NCBI GenBank assembly: GCA_964410485.1
Contig: CAYPHJ010000009.1
Span: 1,106-65,105, forward strand
Length of the DNA: 64,000 nucleotides
Reading direction: 5' to 3'
From: an uncultured Syntrophobacteraceae bacterium
GTDB taxonomy: Bacteria; Desulfobacterota; Binatia; UBA9968
Shown here: piece by piece, positions 16,729-25,556 of the stretch
How positions within the stretch are numbered: the first letter of the stretch is position 1
Layout of the letters: each line of letters starts with the position of its first letter
The notes under the pieces: model-generated
Seen by the model: the letters and a program-made list of their open reading frames with translations, nothing else
Database searches by the model: none
What the model was told of the DNA's origin: nothing
Position numbers and translations under genes: made by a program

Positions 16729-18201
16729 CTAGTGACGGTTCGGTTTGCCGACAAAGCCGGGACCAAAGCCGGCCTCATGAGCAGCCCACCCTCCTGCCAC
16801 TCGCCCGCTGAAGATAGACGGACCCAGCATGGTGCCTTCGAGCCCAGCGCGCCCGTTTATGTGGCCGCCGGCCATTCCCGCGACTTCGCCTGCAGCATAT
16901 AAGCCGGGGATCGGTTCAAAATGCTTGTTTAAGACACGGCAGCGAAGATCGGTCTTGACACCGCCAAAATTCTTTCGCGCGAGCGGAAAGATCTGAATCG
17001 CGTAATAGGGTGGTGTGTCGAATTTCTTCGATAGCTTAAGCGACTTGCCAAACTCCGGTTCCTTTTCGAGGCCGTCATCGAAAGCTTTGTTGTACCGCTC
17101 GATGGTCGCGAGAAATGAAGACACGTCGACTTCGATCTTGCGCGCCAGCTCCGCCAGAGATTCAGCCTTTCGTATGTACGGCGAATTGTCCAGCAGCTCC
17201 TGGACTTTACTGCGTAAAACCTTATCGCCGTCACGGTAGTACGGATCCGCTACTTCCATTTTCGCTGTCATGAGGGTATCGAGAACGGCCCAGGCATGAG
17301 GCGGATTTTGTCTCAACAATGCTGGAGTGGCGGAGGCGCCGCCCGTGAGAGATTCGTTGTGGAATCTTTTGCCCTGCTGATTGAACCACACGTAACCGGG
17401 TGTCAAGCGGAAAACAAGGCCGCGCCTGCCGGAAGGGTCCCGATAATCGGGGGTGGCGTAGACATAGAACCAGATATGGTCCATGTGCGTGAAATAACCA
17501 CTCAGTTCGCGAATCATCTTGTGGCCCGTCCCCGTCGCGCCGAAGCCCGAACCTTCCATAACTTTGAACTCCCTGAACTCGGGTCGCTGCTCCAGAACCA
17601 TATCAAGGTTGGAGTTAAAACCCCCTGTGGCAACGACGACGGTCTTGCTGCGGATTTCAATGGGTTCTTTGCGGGCGTTGCTCGCTGTGACCCCGCAGAC
17701 GCGACCGTCTTGCGTGACGAGTTTTCCTGCTGTAGTGGTCGTCAGCACTTGCGTCTTGCCTCTGGCCTTCATGGAATTGATCAGTGCAGTCATCAAGCCC
17801 AGTCCATTGTTGGCGGGACGATGCCAACGAAACACTCGGTTGCCTTCTTGGAATTTCATGTCCACCCATTTGGCCCCATTGCGCTCGGCCCAATAGTAGA
17901 GGTCGTGAAGTGAATGCTCGATGTAGTATCTCGCCCATATCTCATCTGCCGCTCCCTGGCCCCACTTGACCCAATCCTCAAAGGCCAGATCTGGGGTGTC
18001 TTTGATTCCTTGAGCTTGTTGAAGCGGCGTTCCAACGATCAAACAACCGCCACCCGAAATAGCCGCCGTTCCCCCCAGTTCCTCGGTCTGTTCAAGTACG
18101 ACCGTTGTGGCTCCGGCGTCCGCCGCTTCTATGGCCGCCGCTACACCGGCTCCACCACCTCCAATGATTACGATATCGACGTCGATACGAGTGTTATCCA
18201 T
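16729..18201 (-). CDS. FAD-dependent oxidoreductase (fumarate-reductase/KstD-like flavoprotein family)
   Basis: N-terminal VIIGGGGAGVAAAIEAADAG and C-terminal AAGEVAGMAGGHINGRAGLEG (FAD_binding_2 pattern). I chose the start ATG 18201, which has GGGAG upstream; the track GTG start is 18240. Confidence 0.8.
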   Translation of the reverse strand: MDNTRIDVDIVIIGGGGAGVAAAIEAADAGATTVVLEQTEELGGTAAISGGGCLIVGTPLQQAQGIKDTPDLAFEDWVKWGQGAADEIWARYYIEHSLHDLYYWAERNGAKWVDMKFQEGNRVFRWHRPANNGLGLMTALINSMKARGKTQVLTTTTAGKLVTQDGRVCGVTASNARKEPIEIRSKTVVVATGGFNSNLDMVLEQRPEFREFKVMEGSGFGATGTGHKMIRELSGYFTHMDHIWFYVYATPDYRDPSGRRGLVFRLTPGYVWFNQQGKRFHNESLTGGASATPALLRQNPPHAWAVLDTLMTAKMEVADPYYRDGDKVLRSKVQELLDNSPYIRKAESLAELARKIEVDVSSFLATIERYNKAFDDGLEKEPEFGKSLKLSKKFDTPPYYAIQIFPLARKNFGGVKTDLRCRVLNKHFEPIPGLYAAGEVAGMAGGHINGRAGLEGTMLGPSIFSGRVAGGWAAHEAGFGPGFVGKPNRH

Positions 18202-18253
18202 GTGCCAGCTCCCGAGCGTGATTTGTTTATCGTTTACCACAGCCTAATGTCTA

Positions 18254-18287
18254 GGTTCAATGTTCAAAGTTCAGCGTTCAAACTTCG
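18254..18287. repeat. Short-period word array (GTTCAA-type)
   Basis: The sequence is GGTTCAATGTTCAAAGTTCAGCGTTCAAACTTCG. It shares the 10-mer GTTCAAAGTT (18262-18271) with 29144-29153. Confidence 0.6.
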
Positions 18288-18391
18288 TACCCCCGAAGAC
18301 CAGAAAGCACCCGTATTGACAGCACCCGTACTATCGTAATAGGCAAGATTAAGAGTAACCGACGCGAATGTCGACAAAGCGAGGAGGTCCT

Positions 18392-19435
18392 ATGGGCAAG
18401 ATGTTCTCCCTGGCGCTTCTCATCGTCGTTTCCCTTGAGTTTCATCCTGCCAATACGGCATTCGGAGACGATTTCTACCGCGGTAAGAGGATGCAGATGG
18501 TGGTGTCCTCGCCACCGGGCGGAGGATACGACCTCTACAGCAGGATCCTGGCGCGTCACTTGCCCAATCACATTCCGGGAAACCCCACGATCGTCGTGCA
18601 GAACATGCCGGGTGGGGGCCATTTGATCGCGACACGATACCTTTACAGCCTGGGCAAGCGCGATGGTCTCACGATCGCTTCGCTGTCCCGCAGCATCCCC
18701 AATCAGGAAATCTTTATGGGGGGGCCGAAAGAAGCAAAGTTTCGTTCGACCGATTTTACCTGGCTGGGTAGCATCACGGACGAAGTTCAGGCCTGTGTGG
18801 TGCGTCACGACGTTCCGGCGAAAACACTTGAAGATTTGAAGACTGCGGCCAAACCCGTGGCCATGGGCGGCCAGGCTCGGGGCATCGAGCCTTCGGATTA
18901 CGGCAGGCTGCTGCGCGAGGTCTTCAAGGCCAACGTGCGGGTGATCGATGGATATACGGGCACGGGACCCCGGCGTGTGGCTTTGGATCAAGGCGAATTG
19001 GAGGGGGTTTGCGGTTGGTCATGGACATCAGTGAAAGGCACGAGCCAGGAATGGCTGGACAAGGGTTTCATCCGAATTATCGCGCAGCTCGGCATGAAGC
19101 CGCACCCGGAGTTGACGGAAAGAAAGGTGCCGTTCCTGTTGGACAAGGCGCCCGACGAGGCTTCCCGGCGGCTCATGGAAGTTCTCTTTAGCCGCCTCGC
19201 TATCGGCCGTCCCTTCCTGGCGCCTCCCGGGGTGCCGCGGGAGCGCGTGAAGCTTCTCCGCACGGCATTTGACAAGACGATGAAGGACCCGGCCTTTCTG
19301 GCTGAAACGAGCAGACTTGGGCTGGAGGTGGATCCGCTTAGCGGCGATGAGGTGGAAAAATTAATCACGAAGATCTTCGACTATCCTGCCGACATCCTCG
19401 CCAAAGCAACCAAGATTGTCATGGAGAGCCCGTAA
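18392..19435 (+). CDS. TctC/Bug-like periplasmic solute-binding protein (divergent subfamily), paralogue 1
   Basis: Signal peptide, then FYRGKRMQMVVSSPPGGGYDLYSR and GNPTIVVQNMPGGGHLIA...RDGLTI, the same skeleton as the tripartite tricarboxylate receptors. Start ATG 18392 has GAGGAGG upstream. No tctA or tctB gene is adjacent. Confidence 0.7.
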   Translation: MGKMFSLALLIVVSLEFHPANTAFGDDFYRGKRMQMVVSSPPGGGYDLYSRILARHLPNHIPGNPTIVVQNMPGGGHLIATRYLYSLGKRDGLTIASLSRSIPNQEIFMGGPKEAKFRSTDFTWLGSITDEVQACVVRHDVPAKTLEDLKTAAKPVAMGGQARGIEPSDYGRLLREVFKANVRVIDGYTGTGPRRVALDQGELEGVCGWSWTSVKGTSQEWLDKGFIRIIAQLGMKPHPELTERKVPFLLDKAPDEASRRLMEVLFSRLAIGRPFLAPPGVPRERVKLLRTAFDKTMKDPAFLAETSRLGLEVDPLSGDEVEKLITKIFDYPADILAKATKIVMESP

Positions 19436-19462
19436 CGACGGGCAAAGCTCCGCCCTGTAGTT

Positions 19463-21067
19463 TCAACTCTCGCGGATTTTGCCTTGTGCGTCAGTGAAAC
19501 TGCTGCGCAGAATCTTTCCCACTCGGCTTTTGGGTAGCGCGTCGGCGACTTTGATAGTGTGCGGCAATTTAAAAAGCGCAAGTCGCGCGCGCAAATGTTC
19601 TCGGATCGACTCAAGTACGACCGCGGCGGTCTGCCCCTGCTGCAAAACCACCGCAGCGCAGATCTTATTGCCAATCTCAGGATCAGCTTCGGGAAACACC
19701 AGAGCCTCGGTTACCGCTGGATGGCTTTGAAGCGCGTTTTCGATTTCAGCAGGGGAAATAAAAATGCCGCGGCTTTTGAAACAGTCGTCACGGCGGCCCG
19801 CAATGAAGTAATAGCCCTCCTCGTCGTGATAAGCGAGGTCGCCCGTGAAGTACCAGCCGCCACGAATTACCGACCGCGTCTGTTCAGCATCTTTGTAGTA
19901 GCCGAGAAACAGCCCGGGATCTTTTGTGGAGATGGCAAACTGGCCGAGTTCCCCAGCCGTCACCTTGTGATAATCATCGTCGAGAATGGCCACCCCAACG
20001 CCGGCGAGCGGTTTGCCGACGGAACCGGGTTTCACCGGGTGTGCTTCCCCCTGCCCGATGACGAGCTGATATTCCGAGACGCCGTAATGTTCGTAGATCT
20101 CGCAGCCGACCCGGCTCTTCCACTCCTGGTAGGTGGCTTCGTGCAAAGCCTCGCCCGTTGAATGGCCGCAGCGCAGGCTCTTGAGATTGTAAGATTTCTC
20201 GAATCCGGGCAGCGCGAGCAAGCGCCGGTAAACCGTGGCGACGGAATAAAGGACGGTAACTTGATACTGTTCGATTGCCGCCAAGACTTTTTGCGGCGTG
20301 GCACGACCGGCCAGGACCGCGCTGGCAACCCCGTTGCGCAGCGGAAACAACAGATTGTGTCCAAGGGCGCTGATAAAGCTCCATTCGCCCGTCGCCATCA
20401 CAATATCATTTTCGCGTGGCGGGAGCCGACGGCGGTTGAGATCCCCCAGCGCCACGATCCAGCGATGCGCGTGAACGATGCCCTTGGGCTTTCCTGTTGT
20501 GCCGGAGGTGTAGACGATAAAGGCCGGCTCTTCCGCTACGGTGTCGGCTGTCTCTACGTGACCAATTCCGCCGCGCACCAGCGACTCGAAAGGAATCTCC
20601 GCTTGCGCCGCCGCGCCGGCGCAAATAACGTTCCTATTCGCAAACGTGTCGCGCAGTTCGCGGACAGCGCTCGCGCGCGAACCCTGAGTCACGACACACT
20701 TGGGCGCGGTCTGGTCCGCGACATTCTTTAATTCACCGGTCGACAAGAGCGAGTTGACAAGCACCGGAATAGCCCCAATCTTCACCGCGCCCAGAAAAGC
20801 TATGGCAAATTCCGGTGAGTTGCCCATCATGATCAGTATCAGATCGCCCTTGTCGACTCCGAGCCTGGCAAAGCCGCTCGCGGCAGCCTCGATTTGCCGG
20901 TCGAGCCGCTCATAGCTGAGACTTTCCCCTTCCCACAGGAGTGCCGTGCGACCGCCCAGGCCGCCGCTCAGTGCCGGTTCCATAACTTCCCGCGCGAGAT
21001 TCAAGCGCGCGGGGAACGTTCTATAAGTTGACCAGGTTCTGGCGTCTAAGCCTCTCGGTGCCGTCAT
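19463..21067 (-). CDS. AMP-forming acyl/aryl-CoA ligase (benzoate-CoA-ligase-like)
   Basis: The adenylation motif YTSGTTGKPKG, YGVSE, FTGDLAYHDEEGYYFIAGRRDD and the C-terminal PKSRVGKILR are all present. Confidence 0.9.
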   Translation of the reverse strand: MTAPRGLDARTWSTYRTFPARLNLAREVMEPALSGGLGGRTALLWEGESLSYERLDRQIEAAASGFARLGVDKGDLILIMMGNSPEFAIAFLGAVKIGAIPVLVNSLLSTGELKNVADQTAPKCVVTQGSRASAVRELRDTFANRNVICAGAAAQAEIPFESLVRGGIGHVETADTVAEEPAFIVYTSGTTGKPKGIVHAHRWIVALGDLNRRRLPPRENDIVMATGEWSFISALGHNLLFPLRNGVASAVLAGRATPQKVLAAIEQYQVTVLYSVATVYRRLLALPGFEKSYNLKSLRCGHSTGEALHEATYQEWKSRVGCEIYEHYGVSEYQLVIGQGEAHPVKPGSVGKPLAGVGVAILDDDYHKVTAGELGQFAISTKDPGLFLGYYKDAEQTRSVIRGGWYFTGDLAYHDEEGYYFIAGRRDDCFKSRGIFISPAEIENALQSHPAVTEALVFPEADPEIGNKICAAVVLQQGQTAAVVLESIREHLRARLALFKLPHTIKVADALPKSRVGKILRSSFTDAQGKIRES

Positions 21068-21068
21068 T

Positions 21069-21983
21069 TCACGTTTTCTTTTTCTTGGCTGCGCTCGAGG
21101 ATGCCGGCTGCTGTCGGGTATTTTCTGAATAGGAGAAACGGGGCGGTCGTTTTTCCTTAAAGGCTCTCATCCCTTCGAGACAATCGTTGGTCCGGGTGAT
21201 TTCCAGCACCGCTTCCAGCTCTTGCCGATACCCTTCGTCGGTACGGTTCCAGTTCCAGTACATCTTAACTAGCCGCTTGGCATGACGCACGGAAAGATAA
21301 GGACGACTTGCAATTTTCCCCGCCAGGGAGAACGCCGCCTCGCGCAATCTTCCATGGGGCACCACCTCGTCGACCAGACCGATGCGCAGTGCCTCCGCGG
21401 CGTCGACGATCTCGCCGGTAAGGATCAAGCGCATGGCGCGCCCGACGCCGACTAGTTTGGGTAGATTGCGCGCGCCGCCGCTCTCGGGCACGAACCCAGC
21501 GGGTACGGCCACTTCGCCCAGGCGCGCGCGATCGGAAGCAATGCGCATGTCACAGAGGGTTGCCATTTCGAGACCCACACCTACGGCCGGACCATTGATT
21601 GCCGCGATCGTGACCTGGGGCAGATCTTCCAGCTTGCGCATCGCGCTTTGCAGCACGCGATGGCGCAGATCGTTGAAAAAATAATGCGCCATTTCTTTAT
21701 AAGGGCCGGTGATTCCCATCGAGCCCTCAAAAGCCCCCAGGACCTCTCCTTCGGACATCAGATCTCCGCCGGCACAAAAGCCCCGCCCCTCGCCGGTTAA
21801 AATAATGACTCGCACGGAGGAGTTGCCCGCGATTTCGTTGCAGAGAGCGTCGAGTTCCAGACGCATGAGCGGATCAACGGCATTGAGTCTCTCTGGTCGA
21901 TTGAGCGTGATCAGACCTAAGGTCGGTTCGCCGGGATGGTGAGGGTTTTCATGAACCGACCACTTAATGGCTTGGTACTCCAT
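21069..21983 (-). CDS. Enoyl-CoA hydratase/isomerase (crotonase-fold) family protein
   Basis: VRVIILTGEGRGFCAGGDL oxyanion-hole block and AAINGPAVGVGLEMA. 304 aa with a Lys-rich tail. Confidence 0.85.
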   Translation of the reverse strand: MEYQAIKWSVHENPHHPGEPTLGLITLNRPERLNAVDPLMRLELDALCNEIAGNSSVRVIILTGEGRGFCAGGDLMSEGEVLGAFEGSMGITGPYKEMAHYFFNDLRHRVLQSAMRKLEDLPQVTIAAINGPAVGVGLEMATLCDMRIASDRARLGEVAVPAGFVPESGGARNLPKLVGVGRAMRLILTGEIVDAAEALRIGLVDEVVPHGRLREAAFSLAGKIASRPYLSVRHAKRLVKMYWNWNRTDEGYRQELEAVLEITRTNDCLEGMRAFKEKRPPRFSYSENTRQQPASSSAAKKKKT

Positions 21984-22042
21984 CGATGAACGCTCCTTTA
22001 GAAATTTGGCTCAGTGAAATTCGGCTGGACGGTGGAAAGGCG

Positions 22043-23773
22043 TCACGGTTTCTTTCCAGTTCCCTCGCCCTCAGAAGGATTCGGGAGCCGGGATCGCTCG
22101 TGAACCTGACCATAGTAGGACGTGTTAGGCGGAATCTCGTCGGCGCGGCGTCGCTCGTGCGCCATCCTTGACCCAGTCTGCCAAAATTCGCCAGCCGTCG
22201 CGAGCCGGGCTTCCTCATCCAGCTCGGGGTGCCAATCGCCGAGCGAATATCCATACCAAGGAGACTCCGGCTCCAGTTTCGGCAAACCAAGCTTCTCCCA
22301 GAGCTTGCGAGCGCGTTCCATATATTCCTGTTTGGGCAACGAGATCGGTGGAAAGGTCTCTTTCAAAGTTGCATCCCAGAGCAGACAGGAATCCTCTGCC
22401 GAGCCACGCGCGTCGTGCCGCGGCGCATGGCCGACATCCATTCCACGCACGATCTGTACGTCGCGGTGAGGTTGCGAGCGGTATCCGAGTGCCCAAAACA
22501 CGGCGTCGAGATTTTCCGGATCGATATCTTGATCAACGGCAATGACGATCTTTGACATGGACGGACGAAAGGCCACGGCTCCCATCAGCGCCCGCCAGAT
22601 CTCTGCTTGAGTAGGCGCGCTCATTTGCACGATGGTGAGTTTTTGAGTTGCGGTGAGAGGCTCGTGAAGCACCACGCGGGTAACACTCTTTACGCCGAGC
22701 GCGTGCTTGAGATGGTCGAGATAAAGAGGCTCGTAGGCCATCTTTTTCATCACGCTGGATTCCGAAGGCGTAACCTGGCTGATGATGGAACATAGAATCG
22801 CATTCTTCCGACGTGTGATGCAGGTTACCTCCATAAACGGATTGTATTCTTTGGGATTCACGTGACCGTGAGACTCGCCAAACGGCGCCTCGGGCTCGAG
22901 CCACTCGGTCGAGATCCATCCCTCGATGATGATCTCGGAATCGGCGGGCACCATGAGCGGGACCGTTTTTGCCTTTACGACGCGAATGGGCGCTTTAACG
23001 AGACCGCCGGCGACGGCAAGCTCATCGACATCATAGTTGAGCTTTTGCGCCGCCACATAGGAGACGACCGGTGCTCCCCCGATGGACAGGGCCGCGGGCA
23101 TTTTTTCCCCGCGCGCGCGGTACTTCTCCCAGTGAACGTAGATTCCCTGCCCGAGTTCGAGCGAAGGATTGCACCCCAGTCGATTCGGCGCCTTCACCAT
23201 GGCTCGATAGGTGCCGATATTCTGGATGCCGCTCTCCGGGTCTTTGGTAATGTAATGGGCAGCGCTGATGTAGGGGGCATTGTCCCAGCCGGGCGTGGAA
23301 ATCGGCACCGGGATGGCGTCGAGGCCCCTTCCGCGAATATGGAGATCTTTCTCCTCGATCACCAGCTCGTGGACAGGTGCGGCCTGGGAGGGGATTTCTA
23401 CCGGTGGGATGGGATTGGTCTTCGCCTCGGCCCAGAGCTGATTTACTTTTGCAGCATCGCTGCATAGACCGATACCGTAAATTGCGCGGTTCGCCGCCAG
23501 CGCGCCAACGGCCACCGGAATGTCGTAGCGACTACCTTTCGCATCCACCGGCTTCTCAAATAGAAATGCTTTACGATCCTTTTCTTTGATGCCACCGCGA
23601 AATTGCCAGCGCACTAATGGATGCATTTCCTGATCTTTATCGATGGCTTCTTTGACGCGGATCAACAGTCCTTCGGATTCCAGACGCGCCAAATGTTCGT
23701 GCAGATCGGGATACGCGCGAGGTACGACAGCACCTGACTGTAAAGCTTGAGCCGATTGTTTCTCCGCGATCAT
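22043..23773 (-). CDS. UbiD-family (prFMN-dependent) decarboxylase with a C-terminal extension
   Basis: UbiD blocks are KDPESGIQNIGTYRAMV, ALSIGGAPV, DELAVAGGL, VPADSEIIIEG and APFGESHG. I chose the start ATG 23773, which has GGAGGA upstream; the track start is 23851. Confidence 0.85.
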   Translation of the reverse strand: MIAEKQSAQALQSGAVVPRAYPDLHEHLARLESEGLLIRVKEAIDKDQEMHPLVRWQFRGGIKEKDRKAFLFEKPVDAKGSRYDIPVAVGALAANRAIYGIGLCSDAAKVNQLWAEAKTNPIPPVEIPSQAAPVHELVIEEKDLHIRGRGLDAIPVPISTPGWDNAPYISAAHYITKDPESGIQNIGTYRAMVKAPNRLGCNPSLELGQGIYVHWEKYRARGEKMPAALSIGGAPVVSYVAAQKLNYDVDELAVAGGLVKAPIRVVKAKTVPLMVPADSEIIIEGWISTEWLEPEAPFGESHGHVNPKEYNPFMEVTCITRRKNAILCSIISQVTPSESSVMKKMAYEPLYLDHLKHALGVKSVTRVVLHEPLTATQKLTIVQMSAPTQAEIWRALMGAVAFRPSMSKIVIAVDQDIDPENLDAVFWALGYRSQPHRDVQIVRGMDVGHAPRHDARGSAEDSCLLWDATLKETFPPISLPKQEYMERARKLWEKLGLPKLEPESPWYGYSLGDWHPELDEEARLATAGEFWQTGSRMAHERRRADEIPPNTSYYGQVHERSRLPNPSEGEGTGKKP

Positions 23774-23866
23774 GGTTCCTCCAGCGGGCTGTGCTGCTGC
23801 ACAGGCACCGAACGATTGGTTGTTAATATTCCGGCTGTCTGTTAAAGACAAGCTCTTTGTTTTGCT

Positions 23867-25096
23867 ATGCGTTTCGCGCCGACACCCTGGTTCATTGCCG
23901 CGCTCGCCTTTCTGATTCTTGGCTTCACCCGTGGTTTACACTCTTCCTTTGGCGTTTTCTATGTTGCGCTTCTCGATACCTTTGCCTGGAGCCGCGGGGC
24001 CACAGCGGGCGTTTTCTCGGTAGTCCTCGTCGTCGATGCGGTGCTGTCGCCTCTTGTCGGCCATTTTCTCGATCGTTTCGGCACCAAGAAAATCGCTGTT
24101 GCGGGTTGTCTGATTCTTGCCGGCGGACTCTTTCTCAGCAGTTATATCAACAGCCTGTGGCAGTTTTATGTCTTCTTCGGACTCATCGCGGCGATCGGCA
24201 TCACATTTACCGGCATGGTACCGCACGTCTTTTTGATCTCGGAGTGGTTTGCTTCAAAACGCGCGTCAGCCATTGGTTTGGTGTTTGCGGGTTCGGGAGT
24301 CGGCATTCTGATCCTTGCTCCGCTTAGCGACCGGCTGCTGTCAAATTGGGGATGGGCGGCGGCTTTTCAAACGTTCGGAGCGGTCGTACTGCTGCTACTG
24401 CTGCCGTTGGTGTGGATCTTTTATCAGCCTGGCCCGCACAGCGAGAGACAGCGGGTGCGTAAAAATTCGCAAACCCTCCCAAACCAGTGGACGGCAAAGT
24501 TGGCTTTGCACAGCCTACAGTTTTGGTTGCTTTTTTTCGCGCGGGTGTGCGCGGCTTCCGGTACGACCGTCATTGTGACTCACCAGGTGGCACATGTGGT
24601 CGATGTCGGATTTTCCACATTCTTGGCGGCGTCGATTTTTGGTCTTGCGGGGATTACCAGTAGCTTTGGGCGGGTCATTTTCGGTTTTGTCGCAGACCTT
24701 CTGACGAAACAGGCGGCCTATACGCTGAATATCGCGATGACGATCGTGGGTGTGGGCGCTCTCATGATTCTGCGGGACCCAAGTCAAACCTGGCTTTTGT
24801 ACGTTTACGTCATATTTTTTGGCATCGGTTTTGGCTCTCGCGCCGTTATTTTTTCGGCGCTCACCGCAGACATTTTTGCCGGCAGAGGTTTTGGATCGAT
24901 CCTCGGCTACTCGACCGTAGCCGTGGGTATGGGAGGCGCCGCCGGCTCTTGGCTGGGAGGCGCCCTTCATGATTGGACGGGCAGCTATATCGTTTCGTTT
25001 GGTCTCTCCGCCCTGGTTCTCGCTGTCTCCGATCTCTGCATCTGGCTTGCTACCGTGCCTAGGGTGACGGCCTATGATCAAAGATTGTGGAGATAA
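23867..25096 (+). CDS. MFS transporter
   Basis: 409 aa with about 12 TM helices and a GHFLDRFGTKK loop at the TM2-3 position. Divergent from the UbiD gene, 93 nt away. Confidence 0.85.
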   Translation: MRFAPTPWFIAALAFLILGFTRGLHSSFGVFYVALLDTFAWSRGATAGVFSVVLVVDAVLSPLVGHFLDRFGTKKIAVAGCLILAGGLFLSSYINSLWQFYVFFGLIAAIGITFTGMVPHVFLISEWFASKRASAIGLVFAGSGVGILILAPLSDRLLSNWGWAAAFQTFGAVVLLLLLPLVWIFYQPGPHSERQRVRKNSQTLPNQWTAKLALHSLQFWLLFFARVCAASGTTVIVTHQVAHVVDVGFSTFLAASIFGLAGITSSFGRVIFGFVADLLTKQAAYTLNIAMTIVGVGALMILRDPSQTWLLYVYVIFFGIGFGSRAVIFSALTADIFAGRGFGSILGYSTVAVGMGGAAGSWLGGALHDWTGSYIVSFGLSALVLAVSDLCIWLATVPRVTAYDQRLWR

Positions 25097-25109
25097 ACAA
25101 GGTAGCAAC

Positions 25110-25154
25110 CGTTCCAATCGTTCCAACTGTTTCAGCGGTTCCAATCGTTTCAAG
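25110..25154. repeat. Five tandem degenerate 9-mers (CGTTCCAAT-type)
   Basis: The units are CGTTCCAAT, CGTTCCAAC, TGTTTCAGC, GGTTCCAAT and CGTTTCAAG. They lie between the MFS stop (25096) and the DUF309 start. Confidence 0.8.
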
Positions 25155-25202
25155 GAAGATTTGAACGGTGGGAGCGAAATTGGTAGTTTGTTTTTCGCAC
25201 TT

Positions 25203-25556
25203 ATGGACAACTTGCTGCGCGAAGGCGTTGATCTGTTTAACGAAGGCCGTTTTTTTGAGTCGCACGAAAAATGGGAGACCTTTTATCAGGAGACGGAGGA
25301 AGTCAACAAGCCTTTTCTCGAGGCCTTGATTCAGCTTGCTGTGGCGTTTCGTCTGTTCCACGATCTTGGCGAAGTGAGAGGGCCGGTGCGCATGATCTAT
25401 CAAGCCTTGATCCGTCTCGAGAACTACCCCTCGGCGTTTCTTAAGATCCGCGTCGATAAGCTCTGCTCCAGGATGGAGACATGGGCGAAAGCGGCCGAAG
25501 GCGCAAGAGCGTCCGCCAGTATTCCCAAGATCCCCCTGCAACGATTCCGTTTATGA
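25203..25556 (+). CDS. DUF309-domain protein
   Basis: GVDLFNEGRFFESHEKWE...FLEALIQLAVAF is the DUF309 signature. I placed the start at ATG 25203. The stop overlaps the mfd start (ATGA). Confidence 0.7.
   Translation: MDNLLREGVDLFNEGRFFESHEKWETFYQETEEVNKPFLEALIQLAVAFRLFHDLGEVRGPVRMIYQALIRLENYPSAFLKIRVDKLCSRMETWAKAAEGARASASIPKIPLQRFRL

Noticed and set aside
18316-18344. A TTGACA hexamer between two AGCACCCGTA direct repeats (18306-18315 and 18321-18330), considered as the promoter of the TctC-like gene.
   Set aside because: No acceptable -10 hexamer lies at 16-18 nt; the best is TAATAG at 15 nt. The direct repeat is short (10 nt x2) and could be chance.
25110-25154. Whether the short tandem arrays (also at 18254, 29112 and 33127) could be a degenerate CRISPR array.
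   Set aside because: The period is 8-9 nt with no unique spacers, the total length is under 60 nt, and no cas genes are present. This is incompatible with CRISPR.
25074-25202. N-terminal extension of the DUF309 ORF (…SNRSNRSNCFSGSNRFK…).
   Set aside because: It is the translation of the 9-nt tandem word array, and it starts inside the preceding MFS gene. The DUF309 motif begins right after the internal ATG at 25203.
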